Shown here one piece after another: positions 13,328 to 33,751 of a DNA stretch of 64,000 nt. Location of the stretch: the NCBI GenBank assembly GCA_033442325.1, contig JAWQFM010000023.1, positions 62,001-126,000 of the forward strand, in the 5' to 3' direction. How positions within the stretch are numbered: position 1 is the stretch's first letter; each line of letters opens with the position of its first letter. The position numbers and the translations under genes are program-made. The notes beneath the pieces are model-generated. The model worked only from the letters and a program-made list of their open reading frames with translations. It did not search any database and was not told the origin of the DNA. Source of the stretch: Salpingoeca rosetta (Eukaryota > Protista > Choanoflagellata).

Positions 13328-13516
13328 CACAAAACAACGACACAACACCCCCCCCCCCACACACACACACACACACACATGCACATACATACACACACAC
13401 GACAGATTAATGACATTACGCTGAGCTACACGTTCTTCAAGTCCACGAGCACCGTGTCCCCCATCGTGCCACCAGAACAGCGGCAGCTGCAGCAAGAACA
13501 GGCCTCAACAGCATAA
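11331..13516 (+). CDS. COX11: Cytochrome c oxidase copper chaperone COX11, 7 exons
   Basis: [13 protein letters not shown]|ATGYGGT, FNADT...[54 protein letters not shown]. The Arg/Ala-rich N-terminus resembles a mitochondrial presequence. Start could be 11283 or 11331. Confidence 0.95.
11905..11960. repeat. 29-bp-period tandem duplication in COX11 intron 1
   Basis: gagaaacgggccaccctgaagcggttg occurs at 11905 and 11934. Confidence 0.9.
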
Positions 13517-13790
13517 AGTGTCGTTCGTGAACTTGCCGAGCTTTGTTGAATGTCCTGGTCATTATTCGTCTACCATTACACCCGCTACGAGTGTTACGAA
13601 CGCGCCGAGACGTGGTCGCACGAGCATTCACGTCGCATGTCAGTGCGAGAGTGTGACCGCTTCTGCGTGCAGGTCATCACAACCACATCACCACCGACAG
13701 CACAGGCACACGACGCTTCGTGTGTGTAACAATAAGAACAAGAAACACAGCGCGTCATAGATACAATCGAAGCAGCAACGACCATTTAAC

Positions 13791-15757
13791 ATGTCGGACA
13801 GACGTCCTCAGCGAGGCAGTGGCGGCAGAGCCAACAAGCCAGCATCATCAGCATCAGCATCCTCCTCGTCGTCCTCTGGACAAAGACAGCGCAACAACAA
13901 CAACAACAAGAAGAACCAACAGGGAGGCGGCGGTCGAAAGAAGTCCGGCAACCAAAAGAACAAGCCAAGAAAACAGCAGCACCAGCAGCACCAGCAGCAA
14001 CAACAGGCGGGTGAAGGACTCACGCCTTTGGCGCCCCTTCCAGGTTTGCCATCCCTTCCGACTTTGGGCAGCTTGCAGTTGGGCGAAGGCCCCGCACCTA
14101 ACTCTTCATCTGCGCATAGTATGAACAGCACTACCAGCATGCCTGTACCCATGAACTCGTCAGCAGCACCATATGTCCCAGCCGCAATGGGGCATGGTGA
14201 CACCGTGCCACCAAACGCCCGGCCACAGCGGGCGCCACGCAGCTCCAGACGCGACAGACAGCAGCACCAGCAACAAGGAGGTGGATCACCTCACCGCGGC
14301 CGCCGCAGAGGCAACAGAGGCGGCGGTGACCACCAACATCACCAGCCACACCAGCAACACCAGCAGCCGCATCAGCACCAGCATCCGCATCAGCACCAGC
14401 ATCAACATCCTCGGCATCAACACCAGCAGCCATACGTGCCACATCATTTGAACGACGCGCCATATCAGTACCACGTCCCAGAGGCCATGGATGCCAAGTC
14501 TGCAGCGGAGCTTCGGGAAGAGTCGATTGATGCGTCTGTGGACGCGGGTACGCTGTGTGGTGTTTGCTTCGAGCCCATGCACATCCGCATGCTTGGTGCA
14601 TGCAACCATCCCCTCTGCTATGTCTGCGGGCTTCGTCTCCGCATCTTGTGGAAGAGCAACGCATGCGCCATCTGCCGCACAGACCTCCCAAAGGTGCGTG
14701 CCTCACTCTTTGGGGGACGAGGAAGAATGCAATGGGAGGTGCCAACGCATGTGTTGGGAATGCATGAATGCGCAGCATCTGTGTGTGTGACTGTGTGTGA
14801 CTGTGCGTGCTTGCGTGTGTGTGTCTGTGTGTGTCTGTGTGTGGTCTTCCTGTGTGTGTCTGTGTGTGTCTGTGTGTGGTCTTCCTGTGTGTTTGCGTTG
14901 CGCCCATTCCATCATTGATGCTTGTCTGCTCCATTGTTCGCATTGTTTGTACGTGCTGGCTGCAGGTTGTGCTGACGACGGCCGCACACGAGGACTTTGA
15001 TGAAGCGAAGGTGTCGGCCATGAAGTTCAACAAGCGCCTCAAGTCATACGTCGCCTCACCAGAGGCAGAGCAACGTGAGGACACAGGGCATGCACATTCA
15101 TGCACACATTGATGAACACATTCATGCACGCGCACATGCACAACACGCATCCATGTACACACGCACACTCATGCACAACATGCACACTCATGCACAACAC
15201 GCGCTTACAACAACATGCCATACAACACCCTTTGATCACCACCCCATGTGCTCACGCTTGCATGCATGCAATTGTGTGCGTGTGTGTGCTTGTGCTTGTA
15301 TGCAGAGTGCCTGCAGCTGTTTGCGCTGCAGTGCAAAGTGTGCGGGCAGCAGTTTAAGGAGCCGTACAAACTCCGCGACCACGTCAAGAGAAACCACCAC
15401 CTCCACTACTGCCCGCTCTGTGTCGGAAACGCACACAAGTTCTACTTTGAGCTGGTGTGACCCCCGTTGCATCGTGATTGTGGTCCTGTGCACTCCGTGG
15501 CCTGCGATGAGGAACACAGCACATGCGTGCGCATGCGCGTGCTTGCTTCCTTGCTTTCTTGCATGCTGCACAACACATGATATGTGCTGTGTGCAACTGC
15601 TGCCTCACCACTGCCACCCCCATCGTCCCCTTGCCTCTCGTTTGACCAATTCAGGATTTGTTTACGCACAAGGAGCTGGAGCAGCACAAGCAGCGCGGCG
15701 ATGGCCAGGGCTTCAAGGGCCACCCGCCATGCAAGTTCTGCAACACGTACGTAGCAT

Positions 15758-15829
<72 letters not shown>

Positions 15830-18584
15830 CACGTGGGCTTGGTGTTTGTGCCTCTCCAACTCAACTAGGATGCTGTCTTTTGATTTCACACTTCACGGTA
15901 GAAGGTACACACACAATCTCACCGACCACCGCCCCCACCCCCTTCTCACATCTACGTCACCACTCACCCCAACGCCATACTCGTGCCTGCAGGCATTTCT
16001 ACGACAATGATGCGCTGTATGTGCATCTGCGCGAGGCCCACGAGCACTGCCAGCTCTGCGCCAACCTCGGCAAGCACAACGAGTTCTACCCAACACGCCG
16101 CGCCCTGGCAAACGTGAGACAGTGCCGGTGATTGTGGTGGTGGGAGGTGTGGTGCTGCTGATGTGTCTTTTGATGTGACACTGGCATGTCTCTGCTTCGA
16201 GGACCTCTTGCTTTGCAGCCTCGCACAATCAACCACTCAACACGCACATACGCACACCACACACGCACACGCACATGCACACGCACATGCACACGCCCGA
16301 TACCACGACAGCACTATGAGAAGGAGCACTACACTTGCCCGCACTGCGAGGTGACGGACATGGTGGCGTACGAGGACGAAATTGCGCTGCGCAAACACAT
16401 CAAGAGCGCCCATCCCGAGTTTGCACGCGGCGGGCGACGACAGCTGCTGGACATCAGCGACGCATCGTCATACGCAGACAGGAACACGCGGTCCGGCAGA
16501 GGTGATGATGGCAGTCGTGGTGGCAGGAGACGCGGTGGTGGCGGTCGTGGTGGTCGTGGTGGTGGTCGGTTTGCTGACGACGATGATGACAACGACATTA
16601 GATTCGCTGCAGCGCGGCACGAATGTACGTTGTTCTGGCTGTGTGTGCGCGTGCGTGCGCGTGTGTGCGCGTGTTTCCGTGGGCTGGACGTGTTGCCTCT
16701 GGCTTGCGCGCCATGTCGGGATCTCCACTGCATCGGTTGCCCCTTCCCCCACCCCTCACTTCCATTTCTCCCCACTTCCCGGTCCTTTTTTTTTTTTTGT
16801 CCTTCTTGCATCTCGCTGATTTTCCGCCATGCGAGCAGACACCGCCCAGCCGCCCGCTGCCCACGAGCCGCAGCAGCACCAACAGCAGCAGCAGCAGCAG
16901 GGGTTGAGCCTGGAGGAGTTCCCCTCTCTCGGCAGCGAAGAACAGCAGGTCGGGACGTGTACAAGCACACGTATGCACGCTCGCGTGCTCTCATCGATGC
17001 TCACACACACACACACAACACACACACGCGCGCGCGCACCAGCCTTGTCTTGCCGTTGCTTGGATGTTTCCAACCAGCTCTAACCCGGCCACTGCATGCA
17101 CGTGTGTGAACAGGCTGCTGTCCCCTCCGCGCCGTCGTCCCATCGATATGCAGCACAGACACGCACGCGCACACAGCAGCGTCCACCAGCCCAACAACAA
17201 CGTCAACAACACAAGCAACACCAGCAGCAACAAGAACAACAGCAACAACAACAGTGGGCACAACCATCCACCTCAGCATCAACATCATCGTCCTCTCGCC
17301 CCAACTTTGCGCTGACGGCGCGGCGCACGGCAGAGGAGAATGCGTTGGCGGAGCACGGCGGTCCAAAGCCCGTGCAGCCGCGCGCTGCATCGTGGGTTGC
17401 GCGCGCTGCCCCATCAGGCGGCGTCCCAGGTCAGCTACCTGCCCCGTGTTGGGGGGTTGCGGGCGTCTGTCCGTGTGTGTCTGTGTGTGCGTGTTTGCCT
17501 GTGTGCGTGTGTATGTGTGTGTCTGTGTCTGCGTGTGACTGTATACCTTGCCTTGTGTCGTCTGTAAGCGTGTGTGTGTGTATGCCTTGCCTTGTCTTGT
17601 CTTTCGTGTGTGTGTGTGTGTGTGTGGTTGATGGCTACTGAGATTTCTCACGTTCATCCCTCTCGATCCACCACTGAAAACCACCGCCACAACAACACGA
17701 TACCACGATGTGCAGACTCGTCAACAGCGTCTCGCGCCGCCCGCGCTCCGACGATGGAGTACAAGTACATCAAGGCCCCTGACTTCAAGTCCAGGAATGC
17801 AAAGTTGCTCAAGAAACTCAAGGAAATCATGCGTACGTCTCAACACCCACGCACGTGCCCTTTTCATCTACATGTGTGTGTGTGTGTGTGTACTTTCGCG
17901 TGGTTGTGTCTGTCTGCATGTACAGGTGGCTGTTGCTTGCCAAAGTCTTTGAGAGATTCAACTACGCGTCTCGAGTACCCATCTCACGTCACACATCACA
18001 CATCACACACCTGCCACACCAACACCCCACTCTCCCGCAACTTGTCTCTTGCAGCGAAGAGCGATTACGACGAGTTCATGTCCATGAGCTCCGCATTTCG
18101 CTCAGACTACATCTCCGCTTTTGAATACGCAACAAAGTATGGTGACCTCGATGCTGTCTGAAGTGCAATTCGATGCACACCTGCACAAACGTACACCTGC
18201 ACGCATTCATGCACACATACAAACGTACGCAGATACGTACATACACTCACTCACTCACTCACTCACTCACTCACTCACTCACTCCGCAGGTGCCAGGAGT
18301 TGCTTGGAAAGCACTTTGAGAAGATGTATGCCGACCTGGTAGTGCTGTTTCCAGACCTCGCTGTGCAGACGAGTATGGTTGAGGCGTGGCGTAAGATGCA
18401 TGCGCCCGCACCGAAGATCCGCGTTGGTCGCTCGCAACCGCGCCAGGCCCGCGCAAAGCACGCGCAGCCCACGAACCAGCACTGGCGCTACTGCCAATAC
18501 TGCCACCAGGTACACGCCCCGCCTTGCCTGTGCCTGCGTCTATTTTGTGTGCGTGTGTCTGTGTGTGTGTGTGTGTGCCTGCGT

Positions 18585-18621
<37 letters not shown>

Positions 18622-18767
18622 TGCGCGCGTGTCTGTGTCTGGATCTGTCTGTCCCTTTTGCATTTGATCAATGGACGACTGCTGCTTGCCACTGTGTTTG
18701 TCATGTTGACCCCGTCACGCGCGCGTGTGAACGCCACGACCTTTTCTTCTCCTCCCCTTACACAACC

Positions 18768-18841
<74 letters not shown>

Positions 18842-18978
18842 CGCAGGTTGTGTCGCCGAATGAGCTTGGAACGCACGAATCGCACCACGATGTGCAGCAG
18901 GAGGAGGAATTCCCGTCACTGCTGCGCGTGCCTAAGCACAAACCAAAAAAGAAGACAGCTGGCGTGTGGGGAAAGTGA
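13791..18978 (+). CDS. ZNF598: E3 ubiquitin ligase ZNF598/Hel2 (ribosome quality control)
   Basis: RING CGVCFEP...GACNHPLCYVCGLRLRIL...CAICR; C2H2 fingers GHPPCKFCN|HFYDNDALYVHLREAHEHCQLC; two EEFPSL motifs; DFKSRNAKL; C-terminal CQYCHQ|VV...HESHH finger. Confidence 0.92.
18768..18842 (+). repeat. (AAC)n tract abutting the last ZNF598 splice acceptor
   Basis: About 25 AAC units immediately followed by gcag|GTT GTG TCG. Confidence 0.9.
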
Positions 18979-19343
18979 TGTGACATGCTATGCTGTGTGT
19001 CACGTCATACCATGACATGTGTTTTCATGCTTCACCTCTACATTTGAGCTCGCTGCTTCTTGTTTGTCGACTGATGTGAGTCAACAGGCTCTTGTGGTAC
19101 ACACGAGTGGTCGTCGCGCTGTGTGTAGAGGCACGTGACATCTTAGCAGTGACATGACATGATGTGATGTGAGGAGGGATTGTTTGAAGGCTTGAACTGC
19201 AATGCAAATGTGTGCTGCTTGGTGTCACACACGGTTTCAATCGCTGGTGTGAGCTGCAGTGGTACGGTATATGTCCACGACGACAATATCATGGCGTTTA
19301 TTGGTTACGGATACAAGCACACACACGCGCATGTGCACCACAT

Positions 19344-19469
19344 CTACTCTTCTGTCTTTGTGACGTGTGCGCGCTTGCTGGGCTCCTCTGGGCCACCCCT
19401 GTGATTGCAGCAAGCAACACACCAACATCAGTGACACAAGCGAGCTCAAAACGGCGTACCTCATGAACA

Positions 19470-19555
<86 letters not shown>

Positions 19556-21922
19556 TGTGTGTGGGTGTGTGTGTGGGTGTGTGTGTGGGTGTGGGTGTGG
19601 GTGTGTGTGGGTGTGGGTGTGTGTGGGTGGGTGCACGTGGCTTGACTTGCACACCCTCCGCTCCCACCGCCAAAACACACGAATGACGCACGTACGCTTT
19701 GCGCTTGCTTCGCTTCTTCTCCTGTGCTTGCTGTTTCCGCTTGTATCTGTATCAATGAGACGTCAGTGACAAAGGTGGTGTGAGCAACAGTTGCAGTCAT
19801 GTCTCCTGCACTTGCGTGTGCATGTGGGGGAAGAAGGCGAGGCGCGCGAACACACACACATACACATGTACACACATACACATGTACATACATGCACACG
19901 TACTCCTCTGATGCAGGATTGAAGAATGGGTTTCTGCACATTTCCAAGCGATCCAACAGCGCCTGTCATCGGGTCAGTTGAGATGCGTGAAGGACGTGTG
20001 CAATTGGAGTCAACTACAACGCACATGACGAAGACTGATGCACATGTATCTTCACGTACACACACGTACACACACACGTACACACGCGCACACACGCACA
20101 CACACGTACACACACACGTACACACACACACACCTTCTGTGTTGCATCATCAATTTCAAGCGTTTGCAGGTCGCGCGTGGCAATCTGTTTGACTTCCTCC
20201 AAGCGCGCCGCCATCGTGTCTGTGGACGGGTGGTCGTCTGGTCGTGACTCAACCAGCGCCTGCACATATGCAAGTGGATCAACAGTCCGCTTCTCCAGCT
20301 CATCAACAAAGACAGCGAGCGCAATCTGCGAGGGCGGAAACAGAAACTGGACGTCCGTGAACCACCATCGCAGCGTCGTGTCGCTGGCGCGCAGATGAAC
20401 ATCGTCCCAGAACGCATCTGTGTCGAGCTCTGACACCACGCCATCATCCATCTCCTCAATTGCCGTCACCAGAGGCGATAGCGGCGCTCCCATGGCCTCT
20501 GCTGCTTCGTGCTGTGCACTTGTTGCCGCTGCTGCTGCTGATGCTGCTGTTGGTGCTGCTGTCTGTTGGGCAGATTCGGCCTCAGCATTGCCGCTGCCTT
20601 TACTGCTCTTGCCTTCTCCCTGTGCCGCCTTGTTTGTCGCTTCCTTCTTGTCCGCATCATCGCCACCCTCACCCTCATCAGCATCATCATCATCATCATC
20701 ATCATCGTCGTCGTCATCATCATCTTCCTCCTCCTGCAGCTGGCGTATGCTCGCGTGCGTCAAGTGCTCCCCTCGCCCCGCGCTTGCCTTCCTCGCTTTC
20801 GCCTCTTTCACCGCATCTTCTTCAGCAGTGGCAGGGGTTGCTGATGTTGATGAGATTTTGGTGTCTGATGCTGCTGCGCTCTCGCTGCTGCCTGCAAACA
20901 CATCCCGGCCACCACCTGCTGCTTCGCCAGCGCCACCATCGCCATCACCAGCACGTGGTGTCTGCCGCCGGAGCAGCGCCTCTGCGAACAAGGAGCGCGC
21001 GTGGCTGACAAACCCGCGCAGGGGGCGGAACGGCGTGTGGACGAGGAAGTGGAACTGCAGCTGGGCGGAAAACTTCACCTCAAAGCGCTTCATAAACGCG
21101 GCCTCCGTGCCGAAGAGCGTCGCCAGTTCCGTGACGGTGAGGTTGTACTCCTCCGCCTTGCAGGCTATGAATGCGGACATGGCGGCGATGAAAGATGGGT
21201 GGTAGTCCATGACTGTGTTGGTGAGGTGGTACCGGCGGAAGAACGAGACTGCCGCTGCGATTACGCGGTGTGGGCACGTGGCGACGTGGCTTCGCAGCTT
21301 AGTCTGGATGTGTTTGCAGAAGGTGAAGATCAGCTGCTGCTCCTCCTGTGTAGACAAGTATACGCTGTCATCCTCAATGGGTTTCAATCTCACCAAGCCC
21401 TAGCCCAACAGAGATGTCGATACCATGAGTGAGTGTGTGTGTATGTGTGAGTGTGTATGTGTGAGTGTGTATGTGTGAGTGTGTATGTGTGAGTGTGTGT
21501 GAGTGTGAGTGTGTGTGTGAGTGAGTGTGTGAGTGTGTGAGTGTGAGTGTGAGTGTGAGTGTGAGTGAGTGTGTGAGTGTATGTATGTGTGAGTGTGAGT
21601 GTGCATGTGCATATGCATGAGTACAGGTGCATGAGCGTGTGCGCATGCATACCTTGACGGCGGCGACCTTCTTCTCATACACGTTTGCGCGGTTCTCCAA
21701 CAATTGGTTCTCGGTTGGAAAGATCCTATGTTGGCGTGGCAGGAACATGCACGTGAGCGAGTTCCTTGAGTGGATTCGTGACACACAACACACGCACTCT
21801 CTCTCACACTCACACACGCACACCCTCACCCTCACCCTCACACTCACACACGCACGCACAACACATTCACGCACGCACATAGCTGCGTACCATTTCGATC
21901 GCTGAGTGCTACTCGTGAACAT
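19344..21922 (-). CDS. CCNH: Cyclin H (CAK/TFIIH subunit) with a large low-complexity insertion
   Basis: MFTSSTQRSKW|IF, AVSFFRRYHLTNTVMDYHP, ACKAEEY, LQFHFLVHTPFRP, TDVQFLFPPSQIALA, CRNP. The last two exons (YKRKQQAQ..., GGPEEPSKR...EE*) are phase-compatible and end at 19344. Confidence 0.92.
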
Positions 21923-22032
21923 GATACTGGCTGGTCGTCAAATCACCACACACCAACACTGCTGTCAGCTGCACCGTCGTGCTTTGTCGCTGCCGCCGTT
22001 TCCGAAAGTTGTTTATAATTTCGTTAGTTTTT

Positions 22033-25683
<3,651 letters not shown>

Positions 25684-25965
25684 AATTCTTGTTTTGCGTT
25701 TCCCGCCAAACCAGTGTCTGTTAATGACGCATGGAATCAGTTTTTAAATTGCGCCTTACATTGTTTTGTTGTTTGCTTTGTTCATCCGTTTGCACCCTCG
25801 CCCTTACACCCTTGCCCGTACATCCTGCTTCCTTCCTTGCCTCCCTCCCATACTTGCCTGCTCTGTTCCCGGAGGGCTTGCGTTGCTCCGCTCCGCTTGC
25901 AGTGCCAACCACGTTTGTGGTCGTTTGTACCTGCTGGCTCCATTCGGCACATCAGCTTTGCATCT

Positions 25966-28660
<2,695 letters not shown>

Positions 28661-29103
28661 ACAGCGCTGTTTGCGTATGTGTGTGCGTGTTTGTGTGTGT
28701 ATGCATGTACGTTCGTACGTACGTGCTTGATTTTCAATGTTCTCACACCGCTGTCGCGCTCGTGGCTGCAGGGACAACACGCTGCATTGAAGTGGACCAG
28801 CAAGCTCATGCACACAGAAGGGACTCATGTTCATACACGCACACGGACACTCACACACACACATGCACGCACGTGCACACGCACACACGTTCGCTTACTC
28901 ACACATGCTTGACTGGCACAACGTCACTTGACGCTTTCTTCGGCAGAACAGCAAACACGCTTCTTGCTTGCTCGCATGCACATACACGTATTGCCTTGGG
29001 GCTCCTTGGACTTTTGATTGACAATCTATTTGCATGCAAATAAACTACAGCACTGTTAGTCGCTTAGCACGTACACGGTGCTCAAGGATTAACATAACAC
29101 CAG

Positions 29104-30058
29104 CTACACAAGTTTGGGCACAACTCCCCCTCCATGTTGCGTAATGCCGTGTGCAAACGCCTGCGGCGTGAGCGCGCGCGTTCGGCCCAAGTCCTTGAGA
29201 ACGTCCATCACGTGGTTCACGTCCTGATGCATGCAAGAGGAAGGCGTGAGCTTGCGTGTGTGTGTGAGCGTGTGTGTGTGTGTGTGTCTGTGAAATGGGT
29301 TGAAACACATGAAGCAAACTACGCATGCTTGTGTGCATGTGTGGGCGCGCGTACATGCACTCACCGGCCGGGCCCGGAGATCCTCCACGTGCTCGTGAAG
29401 AAGAAACAACGCGGCCTGAAGCAACACCTGCGCCAACCACAATCGTGGTCGTCAGGTGTATGTGTGTGTGAATGTATCGGCGTTGATGTGGGTGTAGAGT
29501 GGGGGAAGAAACGCAATTAGCAGCATATGCACGGAGGACAGACTACAGTCGACTACAAAGTAACAACAACAACAGCAGCAGCAGCAGCAGCAGCAGAATG
29601 TTACAGCGGTATGACAGCGCACCCGTCTGCCCCAGAGGAAGAAGAGGTCCCAGAGGACCAGGAGTTGGTCGGAGGGCAGCGCATCAACAAACAGCATCAG
29701 TAGCCTGGTGTGGTGGTGGTGGTGGCGCGGTGATGAGGACAGGTGCAAGTGCCAGGGTGGCAAAAGAAACTGCGACACACACACACACACACATGCACAC
29801 ATACACACACACACACGCACACACACACACATGCACACACGCACACACACGTACTCACACACAACGCACCACTTGACAGCAAAGAAAGTCACGTCAACGC
29901 CGGCATCTTCGAGGGCAGAACGCACGTGCGCATAGCGCGGGGTGCTGTTGCCGACAGTTATGTGTGCAGGGGGATGATGGTGAGATGATGTGGAGGGGCA
30001 GGAGGAGGTGACATCATAGACACCAAGCGAGGAACGGGCATTCACTACATTCATGATG

Positions 30059-30110
<52 letters not shown>

Positions 30111-30622
30111 AGGGCGCGCTGTAGAATCTTGACATCGTCCTGTACTTTCATTTCGCTCGTGTAGCGATCTGATGGCGTGTAACGGCATTCACACATACGA
30201 AAACACACACGCACACACATACATGACAACATGCAAACATTAGCAAATTCACGCATCGGTACAAGTGTCAGGAGCGAACGTGTCAGACACAGCGTCAGCA
30301 ACTGATTGGCAGGACACCGTCAATACGTGAAAGCGTTGCCACCGCCCAACACCCCCAACTGCTCACTTGAGGAGCACACACCTGGCATGTACACGAGGAC
30401 AATGCATTGGAGAAGGCTGAGTGTCGCTTCAGCGTCTCTCGTCGTCAACAACAGAACTCCGGCAAGGAAATTCATGGCCTGTTGTTCCGCGCACAAACGC
30501 ACATATCATAAGCAGTGGCACGTGCTGCGAACACGCTCAGCTTTCAGTGATCGCACAGCATCCACACAGACACTCACACAATCACACGGACGCACACGGA
30601 CGCACACTTCTACACACACACT

Positions 30623-30698
<76 letters not shown>

Positions 30699-32005
30699 CA
30701 CACACACACACACACTTCTACACACACACACACACACACACACACTTCCACGCACACACACACACACACGTTCGGAGCATACTGACCTGACAATAGCCAA
30801 TGTGAGGGTGCAGGTGTGCAAATACCCGCAGCACGTGTCCAAGCTCCTCGTACTGGTGTTGAATTGCATGTCAGAAGAAAGTGCACATGTCAGCCACTTG
30901 AAACCCGTTCTCCTGTACTCGCGGCTCGGATCACAGCTCACCCCTTGCCGGAGTCACATTCAGCACACACACACACACACACATACACACACATACACAC
31001 ACACACACACACGCACGCACACACACACGCACACACACACACACAACTCTCCATCTGCATCTAGCCCTGCGCCGTCTTACAATGTGTGCGCCCTCCTTGA
31101 ACTCCGCGTGCTCCGGGAACGTGCGAGGCATATCCATCTTGATCTGCATCAGCGTGTCTTCGTCGATGGTCAGCGCATGCGGGTTGGATCGCGCCTGTTG
31201 CAAGAGGGCAGATCCATTCAAGATGGGCACGTCCTCGTGCTTGCGGTTGTACTTTTGCGCAAATCGGCTGGCGGACAGCCGCCACACGTTTGGTCGCAAG
31301 TGGTGCGGTACGCCCTTGGAGATGAAACGCTTGACTGCATCAAGGCGAATGAAGCACAGGGGAAGGCACAGGGGCAGTGAGACCCCAAGAGAGAGAGAGA
31401 GAGAGCAAGTGAGACTGAGTGAGTGAGTGAGTGTGTGTGTGTGTGTGCAATAAAGAAAAAGACGGGCACATGTACGTGAAACAAAACAGATAGCTTCACG
31501 CAAGCGTATACATTCAAGGAAAGCATGGGGGCGTGCACCATGCCTTTCCACATGCATACATGGGCGAGTGAAAGACTTGTGTTGTGCGTCCTCAATCCTG
31601 GGATACTTTCTGTGCCATCGCATACGACGGCGTGCCAAGTTCTGTTGACACAAGTAAGAGCGAGTGTGTGTGTGTGCATGTGTGCGTGTGTGAGCACATG
31701 TGCATTTTGCGTGTGCGTGTGCGTGTTTGTGGGTGAGTATAAGTGTATGTGTGTTTGGACATCAGCGGCGTCACGTTGACAACGACAAACGACAACAACA
31801 ACAACAACAACAACAACTTAAACAACAACAACAACAACTTAAACAACAACAACTTAAACAACAACAACTTAAACGACAACAACAACAATCGCTTTCATCA
31901 AACACAAAAATACTTCTGACTTACAGCAATGACATCGCCGGAGATGTGACGCGATGGTTCAAACCCAAGCACATCCTTTCCCGCGGGCGAGGTGTCTGCA
32001 CACAT
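29104..32005 (-). CDS. TBC-domain Rab GTPase-activating protein, GRTP1/TBC1D6-like
   Basis: KDVLGFE...NLARRRMRW...KRFISKGVPHHLRPNVW, QIKMDMPRTFP (IxxDxxR finger), IGYCQ|AMNFLAG (Gln finger), FAVKW|LLMLF, LWDLFF. Stop at 29104; start inferred. Confidence 0.88.
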
Positions 32006-32452
32006 GCTCAGCCGTTGGAGTTGATGCTGGTGCTGTGTCCGCTCTGCCTTGCTTGCTTGCTTGCTTCTCTTGGTTGGTGGTGCTGTCCTCTTTCTGGCTG
32101 GTACCGCGGAATTTTACCTGAAGATATTCAATAATTATCAAAAACTGCTCGGTCGCTGCGGAAACGGCGACGTTGAAGAGGCAACAAGCAGGTGCACACG
32201 ACACCAAGCGCTGCGTGAGCCAACGAAGCAAGAAGCACACATCCAGCAGGCACGGCAAGAAGCACAAACAGGAGGCGAGCGAGTACCGCCACCCACCACC
32301 ACCCCACATTGAGGCTTTGGTGGCCTTCGAAGCAGACCCACAGAAACTCACACACACACACACACGGACCTTGCAGACTGCATCGCACGAGCAAAGCACA
32401 CGCATCAACACACATTCAGGCACACGCATTCAAAAGGCACACTGCGGTGACA

Positions 32453-32873
32453 ATGGCGACAACAATGAAGAGTGGTCGGGGCATGGTGGGCACTGATGGC
32501 TCTGGAAAGGAGGGTGCCTCTCGATCCTCTGCCCAGCTGTTGATGGAGAATGAGCAGCTGTACCGAACACTGGCGCGGGAGCGCGGTGAGCGTGTGCGCA
32601 CCAGCACATCTAGTGACGATCACGTGCACCGACAAGTGGAGAGACTGCAGCAAGAGTGCAGATCCCTGCGCATTCAGCTTGACGAAGAGAAGGAAGAGAA
32701 CCGCATCCTGCAAAACGAGCGCGACCGGCTCCAGCGGGAAAAGAACGCCCTCGCCTCTGGCAGAGGTCCGTTGTGTGTGTGTGTGTACTTGTGAGCGTGA
32801 ATGAGCACCATGTCATCAAGATCATCATCATCATCAACAGCATCATCATCATCATCAAGATCATCATCAACAG

Positions 32874-32960
<87 letters not shown>

Positions 32961-33285
32961 TGCTTCCGTCGTCGTCATGGGCATCGTATCACCAACACAC
33001 CTCTCCCCTCCTTCTCCACACACACACGCACACACACACACTCTCTCTCATATGCTGACGCTGTGTCTGCTGCAGATGGACAAAGCGTGGATGCCGGGTC
33101 AGATCAGGACTCCCAGTACTACAGCGAGGAGATTGAGCGGTTGCGGAGCGAATGCAAACAGACACAGGTTCACTTCACGTGATACGCACACGACACATAT
33201 CAGCATGCATGCATCTGTGGTCTCTCTTTTGAAACACTTTACGTCACATGTCGGCTACCTCCTCATTCGCATCCACTTCTTTTCG

Positions 33286-33320
<35 letters not shown>

Positions 33321-33687
33321 GCACTCACACACACACACACACACACACGCTCACACGCATGCACACACTCACACACTCTCTCTCATGCCTTGGCTGTCTG
33401 CTTCATTTTTTCCGAACAGCTCCGGCTGAAGGAGTGCCAGCTGAATTTGGAGAGCTCTGAGCTCGTGCTTGAGGGCTATCGCAAGGAAGTCCACGCCCTC
33501 ACTGTCGAAAGGGAGGCACTCGAGAACCTCGTCGAAATGGTCCGATGATGTCCACATGTGCCTGCACGTGCGTGCTTCTGCCTGTGTGCTTGAGCTTGTC
33601 ACCTTTGCATTGCCACGCACCACCACGTGCCGTGTTGTACTTGCCCTCGTCCCCAGCATCACACCCATCGCCTGCGCTCATGCGACA

Positions 33688-33751
<64 letters not shown>

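Noticed and set aside
31785-31890. aacaacaacttaaac repeats as telomere-like or mobile-element sequence
   Set aside because: A degenerate (AAC)n tract inside TBC gene intron 1, with no TTAGGG, terminal inverted repeats or target-site duplication.
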